Source: an uncultured Solirubrobacteraceae bacterium (GTDB lineage: Bacteria > Actinomycetota > Thermoleophilia > Solirubrobacterales > Solirubrobacteraceae). From it: a stretch of 64,000 nt of DNA. Made by a program: the position numbers and the translations under genes. The notes beneath the pieces were generated by a model. It made no database searches. It was given only the letters and a program-made list of their open reading frames with translations, and was not told where the DNA came from. Where the stretch lies: contig CAZPQW010000017.1 in the NCBI GenBank assembly GCA_964588985.1, positions 9,772 through 73,771 on the forward strand, given 5' to 3'. Shown piece by piece: positions 19,139 to 27,955 of this stretch (its first letter is position 1; the number at the start of each line of letters is the position of its first letter).

Positions 19139-20037
19139 TGCGGACTGACCTTGTAGGCGGGGAGGACATTCTCGCCAAAGTGACTTCGTTGCAGGACCAG
19201 TGGGAGGACGCACGCGCGGCACGCGAGGATGCGGCCCAGGCGCTGAAGGCTGCGAGAGCAGCCGACATCGCTGCGGGGGCTGAGTCCCTGCGCACCGGAG
19301 CGAAGACCCCGGCCCCCACAGAGCCGGATGCGCAGAAGGCGCTGACCGACGCGGAGAGGCACCTGGAGATCGTCGCGCTCGCGCTCGCCAAGGAGCGGGA
19401 GGCGCTGAACGCCGACCTCGCATCGCGCAGCGACGAGATACGTGCATCGCTCGCCACGGCCGAGGACGACGCCGACGAGGCGATCCTGTCCGCGCTTACG
19501 CAGGTCGAGGATCTTCTGCACGAGCGCGCCGAGATCAAAGCGCACATCCACTGGCTCGATGACACGTCCCGGCAGGTCGGCCGGTACAACGTCCAGGGTC
19601 TCGACGCCCTCGCAGGGCTGAGGGCGCAGCTAGGCGACGAACCGGGCAACGCGACGAGCAGACGCCAGGAGAAGCTGGACCACGAGGCGCGCGTCGAGGC
19701 GTGGAACGCACTCACCCAGCGGGCCAGGGCGACGGTCCCGTCATCGCAGCTCGTCCCGGTCGAAGACGTCGATAACCCGTCCGGCAAGTCGTACCCCGCG
19801 CTGGATGCGGCCATCGAACGTGAGTACGAACGGATGATCGAGGCAGGCGAAACGCCGCCCGCCCCGGTGGTGGTCCGGTGGATCAAAAAGCTAGGCACCG
19901 GAGCGAAGCCGAAGGGCAAGGGCACCGGATGGGCGAAGGACCCCAGCCCGGAACTGACGCACATGCCACCCGACGAGGACAGCGCGGAGGCGCGCTCCGG
20001 CGACATACACAGGACGGAGAACACAGATGGCAACTAA
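19138..20037 (+). CDS. Coiled-coil hypothetical protein
   Basis: 299-aa Ala/Glu-rich helical ORF, TGATG coupling. Confidence 0.7.
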   Translation: MRTDLVGGEDILAKVTSLQDQWEDARAAREDAAQALKAARAADIAAGAESLRTGAKTPAPTEPDAQKALTDAERHLEIVALALAKEREALNADLASRSDEIRASLATAEDDADEAILSALTQVEDLLHERAEIKAHIHWLDDTSRQVGRYNVQGLDALAGLRAQLGDEPGNATSRRQEKLDHEARVEAWNALTQRARATVPSSQLVPVEDVDNPSGKSYPALDAAIEREYERMIEAGETPPAPVVVRWIKKLGTGAKPKGKGTGWAKDPSPELTHMPPDEDSAEARSGDIHRTENTDGN

Positions 20038-20398
20038 GAACCTCGTCACACTCGACGGCATCAAGCCGAGCGGGGTCGAGCAGCTTCACGAGCTGACGGG
20101 ACCTCCATACACGGGCGGCGGCAGGCGTCCCGCGAAAAGATCGAAGCCAGCTGCGAAAAGACCCGCAGCGAAGTCGAAGACGACGGCGCAGCGCATCGCC
20201 GACCTCGAGGCGCGCGTCGATGAGCTGGAGGCTTACGAGGCGCGCGACGAGTACGGGCATCAGATCTACCCGCCGCCCGCGAACAGCGCATGGGCCGACT
20301 CGGGCGAGGCGTTCGAGCGCGCACGCAAGGCGTGGGCCTTGCGGAACGGGAAGGAACTGCGCAGGCGCGAGGTAGCGGGCGGGCAGCCGCCCCGATGA
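20027..20398 (+). CDS. Hypothetical protein
   Basis: GGAG RBS, basic linker, RIADLEARVDELEA coiled coil. Confidence 0.65.
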   Translation: MATKNLVTLDGIKPSGVEQLHELTGPPYTGGGRRPAKRSKPAAKRPAAKSKTTAQRIADLEARVDELEAYEARDEYGHQIYPPPANSAWADSGEAFERARKAWALRNGKELRRREVAGGQPPR

Positions 20399-20511
20399 AG
20401 CGCGTCTACGCCACGACCGGCAAGGACGGCCCCAAGCCGGTGCCGATCGTCAAGCACGCCGTGGTGCTGACCAAAGCGCGTGACGTGACCGTCAAGAAGA
20501 AGATCAGATGA
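20395..20511 (+). CDS. Small basic protein (38 aa)
   Basis: ATGA overlap with upstream gene; MKRVYATTGKDGPKPVPIVK. Confidence 0.45.
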   Translation: MKRVYATTGKDGPKPVPIVKHAVVLTKARDVTVKKKIR

Positions 20512-20520
20512 GCTTTCACT

Positions 20521-20768
20521 TGCCGGATTCGCCACCGGCATCACGGCGCGGTTTCCTGTTCCCGCGCCACGGCGGCACGGTCCTTTCCTGGGTCCACCGT
20601 GCCGCCTCATCTTCCGCCGCTCTCGCGTTCGGCGGAAACGGCAGCGCAGCGGGAACACACGGCCCGCTGCGCTGCCACCTTCTTCTAGCCAGGTAATCCT
20701 CCCCGCTCAGCATCGAGAGCGGCATCTCGGACGATCCGTCGCTTCGCGTGAAGGAATAGCCGTCCGGG
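20521..20768. ncRNA. Tandem multi-hairpin structured region (ncRNA or ssDNA signal)
   Basis: Five adjacent perfect stems of 6, 7, 11, 8 and 14 bp plus further stems. Confidence 0.5.
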
Positions 20769-20914
20769 CTCCCGTTACCCGCGAGTTCACACATTCACAG
20801 AATCTCGAACGCCCGTCGAGATTGTGACACATTTTCCTGATTCGGTTGACAAGTGTGATGCCGCTGTCGATTATCGAATCAGCACCACGGTACAAACCCG
20901 AGAAAGGAACCACC

Positions 20915-21433
20915 ATGTCAAACGCAGTCGTCACAAAGCAGGGCCAGCCGTCAGTACCCGGCACCGTCGTTGACACGAGCGCCGCGAAGGTGGTCCCGAC
21001 CTCCTCCGAGGTCAGGACCGAGGCCGCGAACCGGGAGGTCGCCGCGCAGGGCAAGGCGTCACGCGAGAAGATCGGCGCCCTCGCCAAGGGGATGACGGGC
21101 GGCGGGAAGAAGCCCGCCGCGAAGGGTAAGTCCGGTGCGAAGGCGAAGCCCGCCGCAGCCAAGTCACGCGGCATAGGGAACGGCGGCGGACCGTCTGACC
21201 GCCTCACGACCGAATGGCTGAGCGCCAAGAAGCGCGACGTGAAGGTCAAGGATGAAGTCAAGCTGACGACCGGCGCGGTCATCGCGATCGTCGGAAGGTG
21301 GACCCGTCGCGCGAAGGACGGGAGCTTGACGCCGATGGTGACAGGTCACATCGTGTCGGGGGCTCCCGACGGCAAGAAGAAAGGCGACCGGCACAACGCC
21401 ATCGCAGCCGAGGTAACGCACACAAGCAAGTAA
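20915..21433 (+). CDS. Lys/Ala-rich putative nucleic-acid-binding protein
   Basis: GAAAGGA RBS, TTGACA at 20846; KKPAAKGKSGAKAKPAAAK linker and beta-rich C-terminal domain. Confidence 0.7.
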   Translation: MSNAVVTKQGQPSVPGTVVDTSAAKVVPTSSEVRTEAANREVAAQGKASREKIGALAKGMTGGGKKPAAKGKSGAKAKPAAAKSRGIGNGGGPSDRLTTEWLSAKKRDVKVKDEVKLTTGAVIAIVGRWTRRAKDGSLTPMVTGHIVSGAPDGKKKGDRHNAIAAEVTHTSK

Positions 21434-21447
21434 CCTTTTTGACATAG

Positions 21448-21488
21448 CAGCACTGCCGAGCGCCGGACACCATCCGGCGCTCGTGCTG
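21448..21488 (+). terminator. Hairpin after Lys-rich gene
   Basis: cgagcgccgga-cacca-tccggcgctcg, 11-bp stem extended by cagca/tgctg. Confidence 0.55.
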
Positions 21489-21657
21489 TCTCAGGGCGCT
21501 CGCCCCGGTAAGGATCGACTTTCGCAACCGGACTGGTGGTTGTAGCTGCGCCGTCGAACTGGGCCGATTAGATGACGATTACACACGCCTCGATTGCAGG
21601 TCATACCGGCGCCGTTGATTGTTCGGTGTAACAGGTAATCCGAGCACGGAGGCGCGT

Positions 21658-22335
21658 GTGACACTTTCACTGCCGGACGAGGTACGTGCAGCACTGACGG
21701 ATGCGGGACTGTCGGATGGCGAGGTGCAGCTCAAGACGGGCGACGAACTACGGGAGGCCATCGGCGACCGGCTCACCTACGAGTTGGTCGTCGCGCTTGC
21801 GGGGCAGCGGCTCACGGTCGCACGTAGTGGCGGCTGGGAAGGACACCTGCCACCGGATGACCTGATCGAGCGCAACCTGGACATACTGCGGCTGCGTATC
21901 GTTGAGAAAATGACCTTCGCCGCGATCGGCCGCGAGGTCGGCTTGACGCACGGCCGCATACCCCAGATCCTCCGGACGTACTACGGCGTGGAGACGGGGC
22001 GAGGTCGTAAGGAGCACAAAGACAGGGTGCTGACGATCCCAGCCGCGTCCGTGCCGATGCTTCGGGAAGCGTTCCTCGGGCGGCTCCAGGGCGCGGCCGA
22101 GGATCTGGAGGCGACTGTCCGTGCGGGAGACGATGGTTGGTATGCGATGTGGCACGCGGCGCAGGAGGTGGTGAACCTTCTCTTGGAGGTCCAGAAGGAC
22201 AAGGACACCACGATCAAGGTCGGCAAGCGCAGGGCGATCATCACGAAGGCGCTGCGCGACCACGCAGACGCGCGCCGCAACCTGAGCGATGAGGACGGCG
22301 CGGCGATCTGCGAGCGGCTGCTGGCGGCGACCTAG
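21658..22335 (+). CDS. Protein with sigma-70 region 4-like HTH
   Basis: RNLDILRLRIVEKMTFAAIGREVGLTHGRIPQIL; GGAGG RBS. Confidence 0.65.
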   Translation: MTLSLPDEVRAALTDAGLSDGEVQLKTGDELREAIGDRLTYELVVALAGQRLTVARSGGWEGHLPPDDLIERNLDILRLRIVEKMTFAAIGREVGLTHGRIPQILRTYYGVETGRGRKEHKDRVLTIPAASVPMLREAFLGRLQGAAEDLEATVRAGDDGWYAMWHAAQEVVNLLLEVQKDKDTTIKVGKRRAIITKALRDHADARRNLSDEDGAAICERLLAAT

Positions 22336-22390
22336 ACGGCGGACGGTTGTCTGTCCTGTGCCTGCCTGTTACCGTTTGTTCCGACCACGA

Positions 22391-22425
22391 CAAATAATTG
22401 TCAATCGCGCTCGCGCTGACGCAGT
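22391..22425 (+). other. attR
   Basis: caaataattgtcaatcgc-GCT-cgcgctgacgcag; ltrA coding resumes. Confidence 0.85.
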
Positions 22426-23507
22426 GCACCGCGCTGATCGCGGGGACGCCGACGTGGCTGCAGATGCTCAAGGGGCTGCTGCTGCTCGGCGTGCTGTGGT
22501 GGTCGTGGGTCGGCTACGCCTGGTTGACGTCGGTGGTCGACCCGGAGGAGGGCTCGGTGCGGCTGGTGATGTTCGCGGCGATGGCGGCGTTCCTGGTGGC
22601 GGCGCTGTGCGTGCCGCGGACCTTCGGCGAGGACGCGCTGCTGTTCGCGCTCGCGTACGGCGTGGTGCGCACCGCGCACATCGCGCTGTTCATGCTCGCG
22701 AGCCGCGAGGACGCGGAGCTGCGCCACTCGGTGCTCGGCCTCGCGGGCAGCACCGCGCTGGGCGTGGGGCTGCTGGTGGTCGCGTCGTTCTTCGGCGGCG
22801 TGGTGCAGCTCGGCGTGTGGGGCCTCGCGCTGGTGCTCGACACGGGCGGCCCGCTGCTGTTCGGCGCGGACGGCTGGAAAATCGTGCCGAGCCACTTCGC
22901 GGAGCGCCACGGCGCGATCATCATCATCGCGCTGGGAGAGTCGGTCGCGGCGATCGGCGCGGGCGCGAGCGCGGGGGTCGACGCGGGCGTGATCGCCGCC
23001 GCGGTGCTCGGCACGGCGGTCGCGGGCGCGCTGTGGTGGCTGTACTTCGACGTGGTCGCGATCGTGGCCGAACGGCGGCTGCTGAAAGCCGAGGAAGGTC
23101 GCGAGCGAAACGAGATCGCGCGCGACTCCTACTCCTTCCTGCACCTGCCGATGGTCGCGGGGATCGCGCTGGTGGCGGTCGGCATGAAACGGACGCTCGA
23201 GCACGTCGGCGATCCGCTCGGCGTGGTGACGGCCACGGCGATGCTGGGCGGGGGAGCGATGTACCTGCTCGCGCACGTGGCGTTCAGGTGGCGCAACATC
23301 CACACGCTCAACCGGCAGCGTCTCTTCTGCGCGGTCGTGCTGGGCGCGATGCTGCTGGTCGAGGTGGCACTGAAGCCACCCTCGCTGGCGACCCTGGGGG
23401 CGCTCGCGGCGCTTCTCAGCCTGCTGATCGCCTACGAGGCCACCCGCTTCGCGGAGACGCGCGACCGCATCCGCCATCAGCTGGCGCGCGGGAGCGTTCC
23501 CAGCTAG
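22409..23507 (+). pseudogene. ltrA: LtrA-family membrane protein, 3' fragment
   Basis: LALTQCT..., WWSWVGYAWLTS, HFAERHGAIIIIALGESV, LWWLYF, YSFLHLPMVAGI. Confidence 0.9.
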
Positions 23508-23543
23508 ATCCTGCTTGCTTTTCGTCCCTCGCGGCTGGCACCC

Positions 23544-24029
23544 GTGGGTTCTGTTGGGCTAGGATCGGTGGGAGCTCCCCTCGGCAAGCCAAGCAGTAGG
23601 TCAACGATTAGCCCGCCACATATCCAGAGCAGCAGAGGCACTCATGGTGATGTGCTCACGGCCATCTCGGACGGCATGGTCGCGCTTCTGAAGGAGTTCT
23701 ACGGGCGAGGACCGACTCGCGCGAAGTCCTACTACGAGGACGACTTGGTGGTGTGCGTGCTACGCGGCGGCTTCTCGCGCGTCGAGGAGACGCTGCTGGA
23801 CGGCGGCCGTGGCCACGCCGTGATCCAGCAGCGCATGGAGTTCCAGGAGGTCATGCGCGACCGGTTCGCTCGCGTGATCGAAGACGCGACCGGACGCAAG
23901 GTGATCGGCTTCATGAGCGGAAACCAGCAGGACCCCGACCTGATGTGCGAGGTGTTCATACTCGCTCCCACAGACCTCCTTGACGCGCACGAGATCCCGG
24001 CCAGCGACTCGACCTCCTCTCCCGGCTGA
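23544..24029 (+). CDS. MpsC/DUF2294-family protein (start uncertain)
   Basis: LLKEFYGRGPTRAKSY, EDATGRKVIGFMS, CEVFIL. Confidence 0.8.
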   Translation: MGSVGLGSVGAPLGKPSSRSTISPPHIQSSRGTHGDVLTAISDGMVALLKEFYGRGPTRAKSYYEDDLVVCVLRGGFSRVEETLLDGGRGHAVIQQRMEFQEVMRDRFARVIEDATGRKVIGFMSGNQQDPDLMCEVFILAPTDLLDAHEIPASDSTSSPG

Positions 24030-24154
24030 ACGGAGGACGCGGCGGGCGGTTGCATCTTCGCCCGATCGGCGCTATCGTCGCTGAGTAGAGGGCATTTACT
24101 GCGGTTGGCCTCCTCGGGGACCGGCAACACGACCTGACTTCCGGCGTTCGCTCA

Positions 24155-24583
24155 ATGCAACCCGCGAGGAAGGTTCATATGCCTCAAGCCCCGGTCCTCA
24201 CCAGCCTCACAGCAGCAAGCAGTTATGTAGGGCCCTCGCCGTTCGTCTGCACATGGAATCAAGGCGGCTCCGGTGCGGCCTGGGTTCATGCGGCCGGTGA
24301 ACTGGATCTCGCGACCGCGCCGCAACTTGCGCAGACTTTGCGGGAAGCCCTCTGTGCTCGCTTGGTCATGCTCGACCTGCGCGAGCTGACCTTCATGGAC
24401 AGCGCTGGCGTTCATGTCATCCTCGATGCCGCTCGCGTGGCTCGGCAAGCAGGCGGCCGGCTGATCCTGGTGCGCGGGCCCGCCCACATCGACCGTCTGT
24501 TGGCGCTGACCGGCGTCTGCGACGAGGTGGAGACATTCGAGCTCGACCCGGCGGAGGCGCCCGCCATAGAAATGGTCGCTTAG
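24155..24583 (+). CDS. STAS-domain anti-sigma factor antagonist
   Basis: GELDLATAPQL, LDLRELTFMDSAG. Confidence 0.85.
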   Translation: MQPARKVHMPQAPVLTSLTAASSYVGPSPFVCTWNQGGSGAAWVHAAGELDLATAPQLAQTLREALCARLVMLDLRELTFMDSAGVHVILDAARVARQAGGRLILVRGPAHIDRLLALTGVCDEVETFELDPAEAPAIEMVA

Positions 24584-24606
24584 AACCTTCAAACGAAAGG
24601 TCTTTC

Positions 24607-24753
24607 ATGGATCTGCTTCTGCTGCTCATCATCGTCTTGGTCATTCTCAGCCTCGCCGGCGGCGCCTTCATAAGCCCGCTCGTTCTTCTGCTTCTCGTTG
24701 TGGTTGCGCTGCTGTTCGTGGGTCCCTACCGGGGTCGACGAAGCCGCCTCTAG
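24607..24753 (+). CDS. Small hydrophobic membrane protein (48 aa)
   Basis: GAAAGG RBS; MDLLLLLIIVLVILSLAGGAFISPLVLLLLVVVALLFVG; below ORF-track cutoff. Confidence 0.6.
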   Translation: MDLLLLLIIVLVILSLAGGAFISPLVLLLLVVVALLFVGPYRGRRSRL

Positions 24754-24783
24754 GAGATAGAGGGTCCTTCCACGAAAGGCGAT

Positions 24784-26154
24784 ATGTCGCGCGTGGGAGA
24801 CTCTGCAGCGACCTCGGATGCGCGGGGTGAGTTCGAGCCGGCATCCGGTCCAGACCGGGAGTTCGTGGGCGCGACGGGAGTGCGGGCGTATGTTCGAGCG
24901 CTCGGGCCGGGTCTGATCACGGGCGCATCGGATGATGACCCGTCTGGCATCGCCACCTACGCGCAGGCGGGTGCCCGGTTCGGGTTTTCGATGCTGTGGG
25001 TCGCACTCCTGACGCTCCCGCTGATGATGGGGATTCAGGAGATATGCGACCGTACCGCTCTTGCCTCGGGCAAGACTCTCGGCGAGTTGATCACGGTCCA
25101 TTTCGGCCGGGTCTGGCAGGCCGTGATCGGGGTGCTGATCGCGGTTCTGGTCGTCGCGAACGCGCTGAACATTGCTGCTGATCTTGTCGCGGTTGGGCAG
25201 GGCATGCACCTGTTGCACGCGGGACCGGGCGCTGTGTGGTCTCTCGTCGCGGGTGCGAGCATCACTGTGGTTCTGGCTGCCGGCTCGTTCCTGTTGATCG
25301 CCCGCGTGTTCAAGGTGCTCTGTGCCGCGCTGCTGGCCTACGTGGCGGTGCTCCTGCTCGTTCACATCCCGTGGGGGACGGTGGCCGTGAACACGGTGAT
25401 CCCGCACGTACAGCTTTCGTCGGCCTACATCGCGCTGCTGGTCGCAGTGCTCGGCACGACGATCTCACCGTATCTGTTCTTCTGGCAGGCCATGCACCGT
25501 GTCGAGGAGATGCGAGAGGAGCGGTTGGGCGGCGAGGAGCCGGTGCCGCTGCGCCTCCGCGGTCAGCGTGCGGGAAAGTCAAAGCAACTGATGAGCCGCC
25601 TTGACGTGTTCACCGGCATGGCGTTCTCGAACATTGTGATGTTCGCCATCATCACAGCGACTGCAGCGACGGTCGGGCGCATGCATCACGTGAGCATCTC
25701 CTCCCCGGATCAAGCGGCGGAAGCGCTGCGCCCTTTGGGTGGCCAGATCGGCTCCTACGTGTTCGCGCTCGGCTTCATCGGCTCGGGCATGCTCGCCATC
25801 CCGGTGCTTGCCGGCGCGGGCTCAGCTGCGATGGCGGGACTGGTCGGCAAGGGAGCCGGCTTTTCCAACTCTCTACGCGAAGCGCCGGTGTTCTACGGAC
25901 TGTGCGCCGTCGGCACGATCGGCGGCATGGCGCTCAGCCTGCTCGGCGTGAATCCGATCAAGCTGCTCGTCCTGGTGGCCATCATCAACGGCGTGACCGC
26001 GGGGCCATTTCTGATCGTGGTGATGCGCGTCTCTTCAGACCGCGCGATCATGGGCGAGAGCATCAACGGTGCGCTCGCCCGCTGGCTCGGCTGGGCGACG
26101 ACCGGACTCATGCTGATCGCCGCAGTCGCCCTGTTCGCGACCGGAGGCGCGTAG
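24784..26154 (+). CDS. Nramp-family divalent metal transporter
   Basis: LGPGLITGASDDDPSGIATYAQAG, GTTISPYLFFWQ. Confidence 0.9.
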   Translation: MSRVGDSAATSDARGEFEPASGPDREFVGATGVRAYVRALGPGLITGASDDDPSGIATYAQAGARFGFSMLWVALLTLPLMMGIQEICDRTALASGKTLGELITVHFGRVWQAVIGVLIAVLVVANALNIAADLVAVGQGMHLLHAGPGAVWSLVAGASITVVLAAGSFLLIARVFKVLCAALLAYVAVLLLVHIPWGTVAVNTVIPHVQLSSAYIALLVAVLGTTISPYLFFWQAMHRVEEMREERLGGEEPVPLRLRGQRAGKSKQLMSRLDVFTGMAFSNIVMFAIITATAATVGRMHHVSISSPDQAAEALRPLGGQIGSYVFALGFIGSGMLAIPVLAGAGSAAMAGLVGKGAGFSNSLREAPVFYGLCAVGTIGGMALSLLGVNPIKLLVLVAIINGVTAGPFLIVVMRVSSDRAIMGESINGALARWLGWATTGLMLIAAVALFATGGA

Positions 26155-26260
26155 ACAGGCCCGACGGATCGTGGCGTCCGGGTTTGATTCCGTGTACCCA
26201 TCGCGCTCAGACTCAGATGGCTGCGGCGACCTCGTAGGGGCACGCATCAGGCGAACCTGT

Positions 26261-26575
26261 TCAGTCAGCGGCTCCCTCGGCGTCGTCCGCGTGTTTCACG
26301 ATGTCTCCGTCCTTGAACAGGACACCTTCGGCGATTTCGCGCCATACGGGAGTCTGGCGTAGCAAGAACTCGAGATCCATCGAGAAGTGCTTGAACTCCT
26401 CCTTTTGAGCGTCCGCCATAATCGCCTTTGCGTCCTCGTTGCTCTCGACCGCAAGTCGCTGCTCGTACCAGCCGATGGCCTCGGCCTCCTCCGTCAGTGA
26501 GGCGCACATGCGAGCAAACGTGCGTGTCTTCGCCGACAGCTCGCCAGCCGGCTCGTGGTATTGGTCAAAGCCCAT
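26261..26575 (-). CDS. Encapsulated-ferritin-like protein
   Basis: YHEP, SLTEEAEAIGWYEQR, EEFKH. Confidence 0.8.
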   Translation of the reverse strand: MGFDQYHEPAGELSAKTRTFARMCASLTEEAEAIGWYEQRLAVESNEDAKAIMADAQKEEFKHFSMDLEFLLRQTPVWREIAEGVLFKDGDIVKHADDAEGAAD

Positions 26576-26831
26576 CTTGGCTCCTTTTCTCGGATTCGCT
26601 GGTCAGGGTCTGTTGAACACCCTATGGATCGAACGTGTTCGTTCGTGCCTCCAAGTGCGGTACGCTCTTGAAGAGCACGCGGAAAGCTGGTTGCGAAACT
26701 GGTTGTGCGTGCTTCCGCCGCATCAGATTGGGAATGCTCCGTCGGCGTAGCGCCGCCTTCGCGAATAGGTCCTCTGCACCACCCTCCGGGCGTCGCCCGG
26801 AAGGATCGGAGACCAACAGGAGGTTCCTCTC

Positions 26832-27230
26832 ATGTTTAGAGCCAGGCCAGCAGGGGTTCCTGCTTCCGAAGTCGATCCGAATGGTCGGCCGGTCGAAGCG
26901 TCACGCCGGCAAGGCCGACGCGAAGCCGGCGGTGTCGGTGTGTTCGGGCAGGGCGTGGGCCTGTTGGCGCGCGTCGTTCAGCTCGTTGTGAGCATCGTCG
27001 TGTTGATCATCATCGCGGGGATTCTGCTGGTGGTACTCAAGGCGAATCCGGCCAACAGCATCGTCTCGGAAGTTCATAGCTGGGCGCGCTGGCTCGCCGG
27101 CCCGTTCGATGGCATGTTCAGCTTCCACAGCGCCAACGTCGCTATCGCTGTCAACTGGGGCATCGCCGCGATCGTCTATCTCTGCATCGGCGGACTGATC
27201 ATGCGGCTGCTCGGCCGCAGCTACCGCTAG
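26832..27230 (+). CDS. Membrane protein
   Basis: GGAGG RBS; hydrophobic helices, LKANPAN...PFDGMF. Confidence 0.65.
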   Translation: MFRARPAGVPASEVDPNGRPVEASRRQGRREAGGVGVFGQGVGLLARVVQLVVSIVVLIIIAGILLVVLKANPANSIVSEVHSWARWLAGPFDGMFSFHSANVAIAVNWGIAAIVYLCIGGLIMRLLGRSYR

Positions 27231-27251
27231 CGCCGCAGGAAACGCCGGTCT

Positions 27252-27932
27252 TTACTTGGTCAGCCCGGCGATCAGGTTGATGGTGGTTGCGATGATGAGC
27301 GTCCCGAACGCGTAGGAGAGCAGCGCGTGGCGCAGGGCTGTCCGACGGATGTTGGTGGTCTTCAGGTTGGTGTCTGAGACCTGGAAGGTCATTCCGATTG
27401 TGAGAGCGAGGTACGCGAAGTCGATGTAACAGGGCGCTCCCTCCGCGTTGAAGTCGACACCCCCCGCTGTGCCTTCGTAGTAGAGCTTGGCGTAGCGCAG
27501 GCTGTAGACGGTGTGAACGACGCTCCAGGCGAGAACGATGCTGGCGACGCTGAGGCCTACGAGCAGTCCCTTGTCCAGGCCGCTGCTGTGACTGGCGCGC
27601 ACGAGCACGAGCCCCACCGCGATAAGACTGGCAACGCTCGCGCTGAGCAGCAGCGCATCGGCGGCGGCGCGGCGCGGATTCTCCCGTCTCGCCTGCTTGG
27701 CGGTGCCTGCCGCATCCAGGGGCCACAGGGAGTGCCACATCCAGCTCACAAAGAGCAACGCCGCAAGGTCCCAGCCGGAAAGGGGAATCAGCCACCACGG
27801 ACCCACGATCGCGACGACCAGCGCGCCAAGCGAGCCGGCCCCCGCGGAGGCAGCAACGCGCACCCCCACCGAAGGACCTCTCCGGCGAGACTGGCTCCCG
27901 TCAGAGGAGGGCGGGCGAGGGCTCATTGGCAT
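27252..27932 (-). CDS. DUF1345 membrane protein
   Basis: HTVYSLRYAKLYY, DFAYLALTIGMTFQVSDT. Confidence 0.88.
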   Translation of the reverse strand: MPMSPRPPSSDGSQSRRRGPSVGVRVAASAGAGSLGALVVAIVGPWWLIPLSGWDLAALLFVSWMWHSLWPLDAAGTAKQARRENPRRAAADALLLSASVASLIAVGLVLVRASHSSGLDKGLLVGLSVASIVLAWSVVHTVYSLRYAKLYYEGTAGGVDFNAEGAPCYIDFAYLALTIGMTFQVSDTNLKTTNIRRTALRHALLSYAFGTLIIATTINLIAGLTK

Positions 27933-27955
27933 TGAATAGCACGACGGCGCCAGAT

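Larger units (their letters stand above)
12720..22411 (+). mobile_element. Serine-integrase integrative element, phage-satellite-like, 9,692 bp
   Basis: GCT core at 12717-12719 and 22409-22411, inverted arms at both ends, splits ltrA, integrase at left end. Confidence 0.9.

Noticed and set aside
20521-20768. CRISPR or REP repeat array
   Set aside because: Stem sequences differ from one another; no repeated unit
12720-22411. Complete prophage or AICE
   Set aside because: No capsid, tail, lysis, FtsK/TraB or rolling-circle Rep motifs recognisable
26629-26644. LexA box (also 15228-15242)
   Set aside because: GAAC/GTTC spacing is 2 or 6 nt rather than the canonical 4
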